NCBI GenBank assembly: GCA_964594835.1 | Contig: CAZQNA010000004.1 | Location: 1 to 64,000 of the forward strand | DNA: 64,000 nt | Source of the DNA: an uncultured Nitrososphaerota archaeon | GTDB taxonomy: Archaea > Korarchaeota > Korarchaeia > Korarchaeales > Korarchaeaceae | Direction: 5' to 3' | Shown here: positions 46,850 through 55,656 of the stretch, piece by piece | Position numbering within the stretch: position 1 is the stretch's first letter | Layout of the letters: each line of letters begins with the position of its first letter | Program-made: the position numbers and the translations under genes | Notes under the pieces: generated by a model | Told to the model about the DNA's origin: nothing | Seen by the model: the letters and a program-made list of their open reading frames with translations, nothing else | Databases searched by the model: none

Positions 46850-49800
46850 GTCACCTCCCTCAGGAGCTCCTCGGACTTACGCCAGTCCCACCGGACCTCT
46901 ACCCTGCCTGTCCCGACCGGCGGGGTCTGGCCCATAATTAAGGCGTCGAGCGGGCCCCTGATCGGGTTGTCCTCCCCCCTCCTCGCGGTGTTGAGGACCA
47001 CGTGGTAGACCCACTCGTACGCCATCTTGCTGAGTGGGGTCTTCATCTCGGAGAAGAAGCCGGATGGAACGCCGGAGGCCTGCAGGCTGAGGGGCGTGGG
47101 CTTGCCCGTGTGGGTCATCGCGTCGGCGACGAGGGACACGTACCTCCTGTCGACCTCCAGACCCTGCTCGCTCAGTATCCTGGAGAGCTCGTTGAGTATG
47201 CAGGCCCTGGCCGCCTCCACCCCCAGGACCTCGTATATCTCCTTGCAGTCGTTCGTGATAGTCCTGGTCGGGTCCACGAACTCCAGCCTGACGACCTCCT
47301 TCAGGTTGGAGCCCCTCGTCTTAATCACGAACTCTCCCTCCTCGGTGGCTTCCACCCAGACCCTCTCAATTCCCCCGACGCCCCTTATCCTCTTCTCGAG
47401 GATCCTCTGCGTCCACTGCCTGAGCGTCAGATAGGGCCTCTCCCTCCCGGCGGCCTCAACCATGGATATCTTCACCAGGTCCCCCTCGATCTGCACCGAC
47501 CCCTTGATCCCCTTGACCGCCTTCTTGAGGAAGTTTATCAGCTCCTCGTCGTCTACGTCGCTGTCCCTCATCTTCTCGCGGTCTAGAACCAGCTCCAGGC
47601 TGAAGGCGAGGTTGTCTATCCTGTACTCCCTCAGGAGGTCCTTGACCCTGACCTCCCTCAGCCTCTTGGCCGCCGCCTCCGCCTTCCGCCTGTCCCCGGC
47701 GTACTCGGGCTTGAGGTGGATGGTCATGGTGGGAGTGCTGGTGCTCACGTAGAACACGAGCTCCTTGAACCTCTCCACACCGTGCGTCACGTCCATGGCG
47801 AGCACTCCGGGCGCGTGGAAGGTCCTGAGGACCATCTGGGTGGTCGGCTCCGCGATGCTCTGGGCGCTGATTATCCCGATGGGGGTCAGGACCTCGACCC
47901 TGGCCTCCTCCAGCCTCCTCCTGACCTCCTCAACGACCCTCTTGGCCTCCGCCTCGCTGGCCCTAGCCTCGTAGAGGAGATCGGCCAGGTGGGATGGCAG
48001 GTCGGCCCTCCTCACTATGTCCCCTATCTTCTTCTTGGACGCGCCCCGCTTCTTCCCCGGCTTGACGATCTCTGCCACGACCCTCTTCAGGTTCACGGGC
48101 TCCCCCTTGAAGAGCTTCACGGGATCCATCCCGTCTCCGCCGAACGCGAACTGGATTATCCTGCCCAGGCTGTCCCTCACGGTCTCGTCGTACTCGACAT
48201 ATATGTCCTTGAGTGAGTTGGCCACCCTCCTGTAGAAGTATCCGCTGTCCTCGGTGCGCCTTCCCTTGTCGACGAGGGACTCCCTGCTGGTCATGGCGTG
48301 GAACACGAACTCGGCCGGGTTGAGGCCAGCCATGTACCCGTTCTTGACGAACCCCCTGGCCTCGAGCCTCAGGTCGCCCCTCTTGAAGTAGGAGAGGGCT
48401 CTCTCCCTGAAGCCCTTCTTCGGCCTTCCGCTGGTGAGCACGAACCCGACCCTGCTCTTGACCGTCTGCTGTCCCACAAGCCCCATCACCTGCGCTAGGT
48501 TGGCTATCGACCCCCTCGCCCCGGTCTTGGCCATTATCATGGCGTGGCTCTCCGGCTTGACGTACTTCCCTATGACCTCCGTCGCCTGGGTCCTGAGGGC
48601 GTCGAGGGACCGCACTATGTCGAACTCGAGCATCTGCTCCTCGAGCGTCGCCCTGAGCAGCTCCTCCTTCGTCATGTACCTCTTGGCCCCCCTGGTCCTC
48701 TCGAACTCGGCGACCCTCCTGTCCACGTCCTCGGCGGCCTTCTTGAACAGGGCCTCCAGCTCCTCCCTGGCCTGGGGCGGGAGGATGAGCTCGTTCAGGG
48801 TGACCGTCACCCCGTAGAGGAGTATGCTCTTTGCGGCGAGCCTCAGGAGCTTGTTGAGGAACTCTGCCGCCCGCTCCTCGCCGTAATCCCTGATGAGGAC
48901 GTCGATGATGGTCTGCTTCCCCTTCACCAGCGTGCCCACGGACCCCTCGTCCAGCACGCCCGAGATCAGCTTCCCGTTTATCACGAGGACGTACCCCTCG
49001 ATCGGGCTCTCCGGAGACTGACAGAGTTCCTTCTCCTTGCAGAGCTTGGCGGTGGTCTCGTACTCGAGGTCTGGCGGGAGCAGCGTGGATATCAGCTGCT
49101 TCCCGGTCCAGAGCTCCACCGGGGACTGGATGGCCGGCTCGGGGAGCTCCGTTATCCCCACGGTGGCCAGCAGCCTGGAGGCCTCCTCCCTGTCGAAGAG
49201 CGTCCCCTTCTTCGTGAGTAGGTACAGGGCCGTTATCATGTCCTGCCTGGCGCCGACTATGCTCCCCCCGGTCCTGGGAGACAGCATGTTCTTCACGACG
49301 CTCATGAGCTCCCTGGCCTCGATCCTCGCCTCCATCAGCTGCGGGGCGTGGAGGTTCATCTCGTCCCCGTCGAAGTCCGCGTTGTACGGGAGGCAGGTCC
49401 CCGGGTGCAGCCTGAAGGTCGAGCCGGGGAGCACCTTCACCCTGTGCCCCATTATGGAGAGCTTGTGCAGGGAGGGCTGGCGGTTGAATATCACGTAGTC
49501 GCCGTCCATCAGGTGCCTCTCCACCACGTCTCCGGGCTGGAGGCTCTCCGCTATCTCCTCCAGGAGCCCCCTGGCCTTCACGACCTTCAGGCTTATGGGC
49601 ATCCCTCCGCCCTTCCTGACGTAGTTGGCCCCGGGGTACTGGTCTGGACCCCTCATCACCAGCTCCTTCAGCCATTCTATGTTGCTCTCGTTCACGTACT
49701 CCGGTATGGTGAGTGTCATGGCTATCTCGACGGGAACGCCGACCTCGTCTATCTCGATCATGGGGTCGGGCGAGATGACCGTCCGGCTGGAGAAGTCGAC

Positions 49801-50802
49801 CCTCTTTCCCACGAGGTTCTTCCTGAACCTGCCCTCCTTCCCCTCGAGCCTCTGGAACAGGGACTTGAGGGGCCTCCTCGTGCCCCTCTGCATCGCGACG
49901 GGCAGGCCCGCCATGGCGTTCCTGTAGAACACGGCGACCCAGTACTGCAGGAGATCCCACTCGCTCTCAACGACGCTGTTCGGCGCCCCGGAGTTTATTG
50001 AGTCCCTGAGCTTCTTGTTGGCTTTCAGTATCTCTACGAGCATGTGGGTCAGGTCGTCCTCCGACCTCTCGCCCGTCTGGAGGAATATAGAGGGTCTGAC
50101 GCTCGGGGGAGGGACTAGTATCACGGTCAGGACGGTCCACTCCGGCCTCGCCCTCTCGGGGTTGAACCCCAGGACCATCGCGTCCTCGTCCGGGATTCTC
50201 TCCAGCCAATCCCTTATCTCGTTTGGCCTGAGCCTTCTCGGGGCAGGGTCCTTGACTATGAACTTCAGGACCTCCTCGAGGTCGACGCTCTCAACCCTCG
50301 CCCCGCAGTGGGGGCAGACGTCGTGGTGCCTGAGGTACTTCTTCACGGCCGCCCTGACGGTCCTGGTCAGGCCGTCGTTGATCTTCTCCTCGGAGTGCTC
50401 CTGCCAGAACCTCTTGGCCTCCTCCACGAACTTCTGCCGCTCCTCCTCGGGGAGCAGGAGCCTCCCGCACTTCGAGCACGTGGCGTTGAGGATGTCCTTG
50501 ATCTTCTTGACGTAACCCACGTGGATGACCGGCCTCGCAAGCTCTATCCTCCCGAAGTGGCCCGGGCACTGGTTCTGGAAGTTTCCGCAGGTGGGGCACC
50601 TCTGCCTCGGGTTCATGGTGCCGAGCCGCGGGTCCAGGACTCCCCCGGGGACCGGGAGCCCGCCCTCGTCGTACGCCGTGGGCTCCCTTATCTCGATGAA
50701 CCCTATCTTCCTGATCTCGCTCGGAGAGAGGAGACCGAAGAGGACCCTGTCTAGCCTGTGGGGCAGGGCCTCCTGGTCCGAGACTGGGCTCGTGAAGCTC
50801 AA
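46846..50802 (-). CDS. rpoA: RNA polymerase largest subunit, unsplit A'+A''
   Basis: CPGHFG, NADFDGDEMN, SAQSI-EP..Q..RTFH all in one 1318-aa frame. Confidence 0.97.
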   Translation of the reverse strand: MSFTSPVSDQEALPHRLDRVLFGLLSPSEIRKIGFIEIREPTAYDEGGLPVPGGVLDPRLGTMNPRQRCPTCGNFQNQCPGHFGRIELARPVIHVGYVKKIKDILNATCSKCGRLLLPEEERQKFVEEAKRFWQEHSEEKINDGLTRTVRAAVKKYLRHHDVCPHCGARVESVDLEEVLKFIVKDPAPRRLRPNEIRDWLERIPDEDAMVLGFNPERARPEWTVLTVILVPPPSVRPSIFLQTGERSEDDLTHMLVEILKANKKLRDSINSGAPNSVVESEWDLLQYWVAVFYRNAMAGLPVAMQRGTRRPLKSLFQRLEGKEGRFRKNLVGKRVDFSSRTVISPDPMIEIDEVGVPVEIAMTLTIPEYVNESNIEWLKELVMRGPDQYPGANYVRKGGGMPISLKVVKARGLLEEIAESLQPGDVVERHLMDGDYVIFNRQPSLHKLSIMGHRVKVLPGSTFRLHPGTCLPYNADFDGDEMNLHAPQLMEARIEARELMSVVKNMLSPRTGGSIVGARQDMITALYLLTKKGTLFDREEASRLLATVGITELPEPAIQSPVELWTGKQLISTLLPPDLEYETTAKLCKEKELCQSPESPIEGYVLVINGKLISGVLDEGSVGTLVKGKQTIIDVLIRDYGEERAAEFLNKLLRLAAKSILLYGVTVTLNELILPPQAREELEALFKKAAEDVDRRVAEFERTRGAKRYMTKEELLRATLEEQMLEFDIVRSLDALRTQATEVIGKYVKPESHAMIMAKTGARGSIANLAQVMGLVGQQTVKSRVGFVLTSGRPKKGFRERALSYFKRGDLRLEARGFVKNGYMAGLNPAEFVFHAMTSRESLVDKGRRTEDSGYFYRRVANSLKDIYVEYDETVRDSLGRIIQFAFGGDGMDPVKLFKGEPVNLKRVVAEIVKPGKKRGASKKKIGDIVRRADLPSHLADLLYEARASEAEAKRVVEEVRRRLEEARVEVLTPIGIISAQSIAEPTTQMVLRTFHAPGVLAMDVTHGVERFKELVFYVSTSTPTMTIHLKPEYAGDRRKAEAAAKRLREVRVKDLLREYRIDNLAFSLELVLDREKMRDSDVDDEELINFLKKAVKGIKGSVQIEGDLVKISMVEAAGRERPYLTLRQWTQRILEKRIRGVGGIERVWVEATEEGEFVIKTRGSNLKEVVRLEFVDPTRTITNDCKEIYEVLGVEAARACILNELSRILSEQGLEVDRRYVSLVADAMTHTGKPTPLSLQASGVPSGFFSEMKTPLSKMAYEWVYHVVLNTARRGEDNPIRGPLDALIMGQTPPVGTGRVEVRWDWRKSEELLREVT

Positions 50803-50815
50803 TCAGGCCACCCCC

Positions 50816-53800
50816 CTATACCTCCTCCTCCACGTCGAGGCGGACGTCGATCAGGCCGGAGGTGAGCTCCTGGATCAGCAGCCTGGTCGCGTGGGACGTT
50901 ATGAGCGGCCTGACCTCCACGGCATCCTGGCACCTGGGGCAGAAGAACTGGCTGGTTATGGCGTTGTAGAAGGCCAGAGACCCGCACCTCTTGCACACGT
51001 ACACTATGGTCTTGTCGGAGTGCTCCACGTACCTGTCCCTCAGCATCGCGGCCGCCCCGTGAGAGATCAGCACCTCGCCCTCCATCTCGCCCAGCCTGAG
51101 CCCTCCTCCCCTCGCCCTCCCCTCAACCGGCTGCCTTGTAAGAATCTGGACCTGGCCCCTCGACCGGGCGTGTATCTTGTCCCTCACCATGTGCTTGAGC
51201 CTCTGGTAGAAGCTGACCCCCACGAACACGGGGGCCCTCAGCATCCTCCCCGTCCTCCCGTCGTACATGATCTCCTCGCCGGTGTACTCGAACCCCAGCC
51301 TCTTGAGGGCCTCCATCAGGTCGCCGATGGGCTCCTTGGCGAAGGGGGTCCCGTTGATGAACCTCCCCTCCAGCGCTCCCACCTTGCCCGCCAAGATCTC
51401 GATCAGCTGGCCGATGGTCATCCTGGACGGGATGGCGTGCGGGTCCAGGACGATGTCCGGGCTTATCCCGTCCGCCGTGAAGGGCATGTCCTCCTGCCTG
51501 TAGATCATCCCGATTACTCCCTTCTGACCGTGTCTCGTGGCGAACTTGTCCCCCAGCTCGGGGATCCTGGTCTCCCTGACCCTGACCCTCACCATCTTCT
51601 CGCCGCTCTCGGCGGTGGCTAGTATCACGTCGGTGACGACGCCCCTCTCCCAGGCCCTCATATCTATGGAGGTGTCCCTCCTCTCGAAGGTCATGGCGAG
51701 GCCGGCGGCTCCTCCGGCCAGCTCCGGGGAGAACCTGGGCGGGCTCGTCCTGCCGATGAGCACGTCTCCACCCTCGACGTCGGTCTCGGGCTCGACTATC
51801 CCGTCGGAGGCCAGCTTGCGGTAGGCCTCCTCTGCCCTCCTGCCCGTGACCCCCTTGACCTCGTAGGGGTTCTCGAACTTGTCTCCCTCGACTATGGCCT
51901 GCCTCCGGGCCACGGCCTCGTAGGTCCTCAGGAATATGGCCCTCCCCGCCCCCCTGTCCACGGCCCCCTTGTTCATCACCAGGGCGTCGTCCATGTTGTA
52001 TCCGTCCATCGGAAGGAGGGCGACGACGAGGTTCTGGCCCGAGGGCCTGAGGTCATACCCGGTTATCTCGCCCACCTTGGTCCTGACTATCGGCCGCTGG
52101 GGGTAGTAGAAGAGGTATGAGGAGCTGTCCATCCTGAGCCTCCAGTTCGTCGCGTAGTAGCCCAGGCCCTGCTTGACCATGTTCCCGCCGATTATGTCCC
52201 TGGGTATGGCGTTGTGCTCGGCGTAGGGTATCTGGCCTGCGGCGACCCCCATCATCATGTAGGGGGCGAAGTCCAGGTGAGTGTGCTCCTCCGTAATCTT
52301 GTCCAGATCGAAGGCGACCAGGGCGTCCTCCTCCTCGTCGGGGTCGAGGAACTCAACCACACCCATCCTGACCAGGTCGCTGAAGGTGATCTTGCCCTCC
52401 TCCACCTCCGGGAGGAGCTTGATGGCCTCCTCGACCCTCCCCACGGGGATGAGCGGGCGCCTCATCCTCCCCGGGTCGGCGTTCACTATGACGATCTTCT
52501 CCTCCTCCCTGCAGGCCACGTTGATCTCCGGGCTTATCTCCAGGCGGCGACGCTTGATCTCCTCCGCCACCCTCCTGGGATCGTCGGTCAGGCCCACCAG
52601 GGCCCCGTTGACGTACACCTGCGCTAGCGAGCCGACCTCCTCCGGCGTGGCCTCCTCGATGGGCTTGACCCCCAGCTCCGGCAGCATCTCGATTATGGGG
52701 GTGGGGTCTATGCCGAAGGTCACGTCGGCGAAGGTGGCCAGGCTCCTGACGAGCCCGACGTTGGTCCCCTCCGGGGTCTCCAGAGGGCATAGCCTTCCGA
52801 CGGACGTTCCGTGTATCTGCCTGGCCTCGTGAAGCGGGAGACCCGGTGGAAGAGGCGAGTTCACCCTCCGGAGGTGCTGAAGGGCCGCTATGTAGTTCGT
52901 CCTGTCCAGGTTCTGGCTTATTCCAAGCTCGCCGGTGGGCCATGTGCCGGTCGCCAGGGCCCTGAGTATCCTAGGGGTTATCTTGCTCTGCGTGGTCACT
53001 ATCCTGCGTACGTCCAGGTCGTAGACCCCGTGGGTCAGCTGCTCGTTGGCCTTCTCCTCTAGCTCCCTCACAAGGCGGTAGAAGGCGTACCTGAACGCCT
53101 CCTGCATCAGCTCGCCCACGAGCCTGAGCCTCTTGTTGGAGAAGTGGTCCTTGTCGTCCGGCTCCACCTGGCCCTTGACGACCCTCAGCAGCCTCTCGAT
53201 CATCTTGGCTATGAAGTAGGCCTTCTTCACGTTGTCCGACTCGCTCTGCCCCAGATGCGGGAGGAGGGCCCTCCTGAGGTAGTCCCTGGCCGCGTTGATC
53301 CTCTCCTGCCTTGGGGCGCTCTGGATGAGCCTCCTCCCGATGTAGTCCAGAGCCTCGTCCTGAGTCATGAACCCGCCCTCCTGCTCTCTCTTCCTCACCT
53401 CGTCCAGGCTGTAGAGGAACTCGTTGGCTATCTCCGGGTCGGTCGATATGGCCTGGAGGATCTGAGAGTCGTCCTCCAGCCCCAGGGCCTTCAGGATTAT
53501 CGCGACCGGGGCGCCCCTGACCGCGCCGAAGGAGGCCTTTATGGTCCCGTCCCTGGGGTAGTACTCCAGGAACAGCCGGCTCCTCATCCCGGCCCTGGCC
53601 GATATTATGTAGGCGGCGTGGGAGTAGGGCTTGCTCCCGGCCGTGGTCTCCTCCACTATGACCTTGTTCCTGGCCAGGTCGTCCCTGATGACGACGACCC
53701 TCTCGCTCCCGTTGATTATGAAGTAGCCCCCTGGGTCCGCCGGATCCTCGCCCCGGGCGATGAGCTCGTCCTCCGTCAGGCCGTGGAGGACGCACTTCTT

Positions 53801-54226
53801 GGACCTGACCATTATGGGTATGTACCCGATCTTGACCCTCTCGGTCTTCAGCTCCATCCCGTGGCCTATGACCTTGATCTCCAGGTACACCGGCCCCCAG
53901 TAGGTGATCTTCCTCAGCCGGCACTCCATGGGGGTCATGGACGACCTGGCGCCGTCGAACTCCTCGAACTCGGGCGGACCAACCTCGATCTTCCCGAGCC
54001 TCAGCTTGTAGTTCTCGATGAGCTCTATCTCCTTGAAGGAGTCGACGACCTCCTGGAGCCCGCGCTCTAGGAAGCTGTTGAAAGACTCTATCTGTGCCTC
54101 CACCAGGCTGTGCTCCATGAAGAAGGCCCTAACGATGGGATAGAAGTCGACCTCCCTGGCCTTGAGGGCCTGGGAGGCTCCCACCGAGCGGTCAGTACCC
54201 CTCCTATTTCGAGACCTATTCCCCAA
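50816..54226 (-). CDS. rpoB: RNA polymerase subunit B, unsplit (start approximate)
   Basis: GGYFIINGSER, ETPEG, GDKFATRHGQKG, GEME. Confidence 0.97.
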   Translation of the reverse strand: MGNRSRNRRGTDRSVGASQALKAREVDFYPIVRAFFMEHSLVEAQIESFNSFLERGLQEVVDSFKEIELIENYKLRLGKIEVGPPEFEEFDGARSSMTPMECRLRKITYWGPVYLEIKVIGHGMELKTERVKIGYIPIMVRSKKCVLHGLTEDELIARGEDPADPGGYFIINGSERVVVIRDDLARNKVIVEETTAGSKPYSHAAYIISARAGMRSRLFLEYYPRDGTIKASFGAVRGAPVAIILKALGLEDDSQILQAISTDPEIANEFLYSLDEVRKREQEGGFMTQDEALDYIGRRLIQSAPRQERINAARDYLRRALLPHLGQSESDNVKKAYFIAKMIERLLRVVKGQVEPDDKDHFSNKRLRLVGELMQEAFRYAFYRLVRELEEKANEQLTHGVYDLDVRRIVTTQSKITPRILRALATGTWPTGELGISQNLDRTNYIAALQHLRRVNSPLPPGLPLHEARQIHGTSVGRLCPLETPEGTNVGLVRSLATFADVTFGIDPTPIIEMLPELGVKPIEEATPEEVGSLAQVYVNGALVGLTDDPRRVAEEIKRRRLEISPEINVACREEEKIVIVNADPGRMRRPLIPVGRVEEAIKLLPEVEEGKITFSDLVRMGVVEFLDPDEEEDALVAFDLDKITEEHTHLDFAPYMMMGVAAGQIPYAEHNAIPRDIIGGNMVKQGLGYYATNWRLRMDSSSYLFYYPQRPIVRTKVGEITGYDLRPSGQNLVVALLPMDGYNMDDALVMNKGAVDRGAGRAIFLRTYEAVARRQAIVEGDKFENPYEVKGVTGRRAEEAYRKLASDGIVEPETDVEGGDVLIGRTSPPRFSPELAGGAAGLAMTFERRDTSIDMRAWERGVVTDVILATAESGEKMVRVRVRETRIPELGDKFATRHGQKGVIGMIYRQEDMPFTADGISPDIVLDPHAIPSRMTIGQLIEILAGKVGALEGRFINGTPFAKEPIGDLMEALKRLGFEYTGEEIMYDGRTGRMLRAPVFVGVSFYQRLKHMVRDKIHARSRGQVQILTRQPVEGRARGGGLRLGEMEGEVLISHGAAAMLRDRYVEHSDKTIVYVCKRCGSLAFYNAITSQFFCPRCQDAVEVRPLITSHATRLLIQELTSGLIDVRLDVEEEV

Positions 54227-54269
54227 ACGCCAAACCCCCCGACACACAAATGGGAGGACAGATCAAGCG

Positions 54270-54626
54270 CTAACCTCCCCTCACCACCACGCGGTAGGCG
54301 GGGACCCTCTCACCCGGCCGTGTGATCTTGATCACGTCCCCAGGCTTGGCCCCGAGCTGCCGGACGACCGGGTCGGTGGTCAGGATCTTGGGAAAGAGCT
54401 GAAGGGGGCCGTACCTCCGAATGAGGTCCTCCCTCTCATCCGGGGATACTATCTCGTGCCTGGGGACGAGGGCGTGACTCATCAGGTCAAACCCGCCGGG
54501 TTCGACTGCTACCTTCTCGGGGGCCTTCTGCGGTTTTATCCCTTTCGACTCCACCCTCTTCTTGGTTCCGGTCTTCTTCTTGGACGAGGTCCGTCCCGAA
54601 GAAGATCTCCTTGAGCGCGCTGGCAA
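54270..54626 (-). CDS. rpoH: RNA polymerase subunit H with basic N-terminal extension
   Basis: HALVPRHE, PKILTTDPVV, KPGDVIKITR, YRVV; TTG 54626 with GAGGGG upstream. Confidence 0.92.
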   Translation of the reverse strand: MPARSRRSSSGRTSSKKKTGTKKRVESKGIKPQKAPEKVAVEPGGFDLMSHALVPRHEIVSPDEREDLIRRYGPLQLFPKILTTDPVVRQLGAKPGDVIKITRPGERVPAYRVVVRGG

Positions 54627-54708
54627 TCTGAATGCCCCCTCTTCCGACGGGCAGTCGGCCCGATCTCGATTTAAAAGGTTTGACCAGCCCACCCGTGGGT
54701 GACCCGCG

Positions 54709-55284
54709 ATGCCAGACGTGGTGGAGATTCGATGGCACGGTCGGGGCGGACAGGGGGTAGTTTTGGCCTCGAGGCTGCTGGCCAAGGCGGCCTTTTTTGA
54801 GGGTAAGTGGACGCAGGCGTTCCCCTTCTTCGGCGCCGAGCGCAGGGGGGCCCCTGTGATGGCGTTCACGCGCATATCGGAGAGGCCGATCAGACTGCGC
54901 AGTCAGGTGTACCGCCCAGACGTGCTCGTCCTCGTCGACCCCATGTTCCTCGGGAGGCCTGAGGTGTTCGAGGGCCTGAAGGAGGGCGCCACGGTGGTAG
55001 CAAATACCCCGAAGGACCCGGGAGAGCTCGACGTCCCTGGGTCCGTGAGGAGGGTGGCCACGTTCGACGCCACCGGGCTCGCCCTGCGCCTGGGGCTGAG
55101 GGTGGCCGGGCTCCCAGTGCCGAACACGGCCATGGTGGGGGCGGTCGCCGCGGCGACGGGTCTGGCGGCCCTGGAGTCCGTGGAATCGGCGATCAGAGAC
55201 ACGCTCTCCGGCAGGGGGGTGGACATCAACCTGTCGGCGGCCGGAGAGGGGTTCAGGGGGGTCAGGGTTCGGGACCTGGGGTGA
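54709..55284 (+). CDS. porG: 2-oxoacid:ferredoxin oxidoreductase gamma subunit
   Basis: EIRWHGRGGQG, FGAERRGAPV, PNTAMVGA. Confidence 0.93.
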   Translation: MPDVVEIRWHGRGGQGVVLASRLLAKAAFFEGKWTQAFPFFGAERRGAPVMAFTRISERPIRLRSQVYRPDVLVLVDPMFLGRPEVFEGLKEGATVVANTPKDPGELDVPGSVRRVATFDATGLALRLGLRVAGLPVPNTAMVGAVAAATGLAALESVESAIRDTLSGRGVDINLSAAGEGFRGVRVRDLG

Positions 55285-55312
55285 ACCGCCCAACCGGCGC
55301 GAGCCCCGGGGC

Positions 55313-55552
55313 TCAACCCTCCCCCACGTACTTGTCGAAGAACTTCGCGTAGGCGTCAACCCTCTCGTCTGTGCTGGATATCTCCACGGTGTCGGTCAGC
55401 TGGCAGTTGAAGCACCGGATCAGGGCGAACCCGCCCTTCCTGTCAAGCTCCACCACCACCGAGTTGTGCTGGCACCGAGGGCACCTGAAGAACACCGACC
55501 TCCTGACTGGCCTCCGGACCCTCGTCATGGTCCTCCTCTTTCTCCTCCCCAA
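55313..55552 (-). CDS. elf1: transcription elongation factor Elf1
   Basis: GRRKRR, FRCPRC, CFNC, VDAYAKFFD. Confidence 0.9.
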   Translation of the reverse strand: MGRRKRRTMTRVRRPVRRSVFFRCPRCQHNSVVVELDRKGGFALIRCFNCQLTDTVEISSTDERVDAYAKFFDKYVGEG

Positions 55553-55656
55553 TCTCAACTCCCCCTCTAGGTTTGGCCCGAAGCCTCAGGACCCACCCGA
55601 CCTGAAGGTGACCGGGCCCTCGTTATTAACGTCTCCTCGGCCTCGACCCCGAAGGG

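Noticed and set aside
47963-49960. 665-aa alternative-frame ORF in rpoA, and many similar long shadow ORFs elsewhere
   Set aside because: Arg/Gly/Pro-rich products expected from high-GC codon bias over real genes
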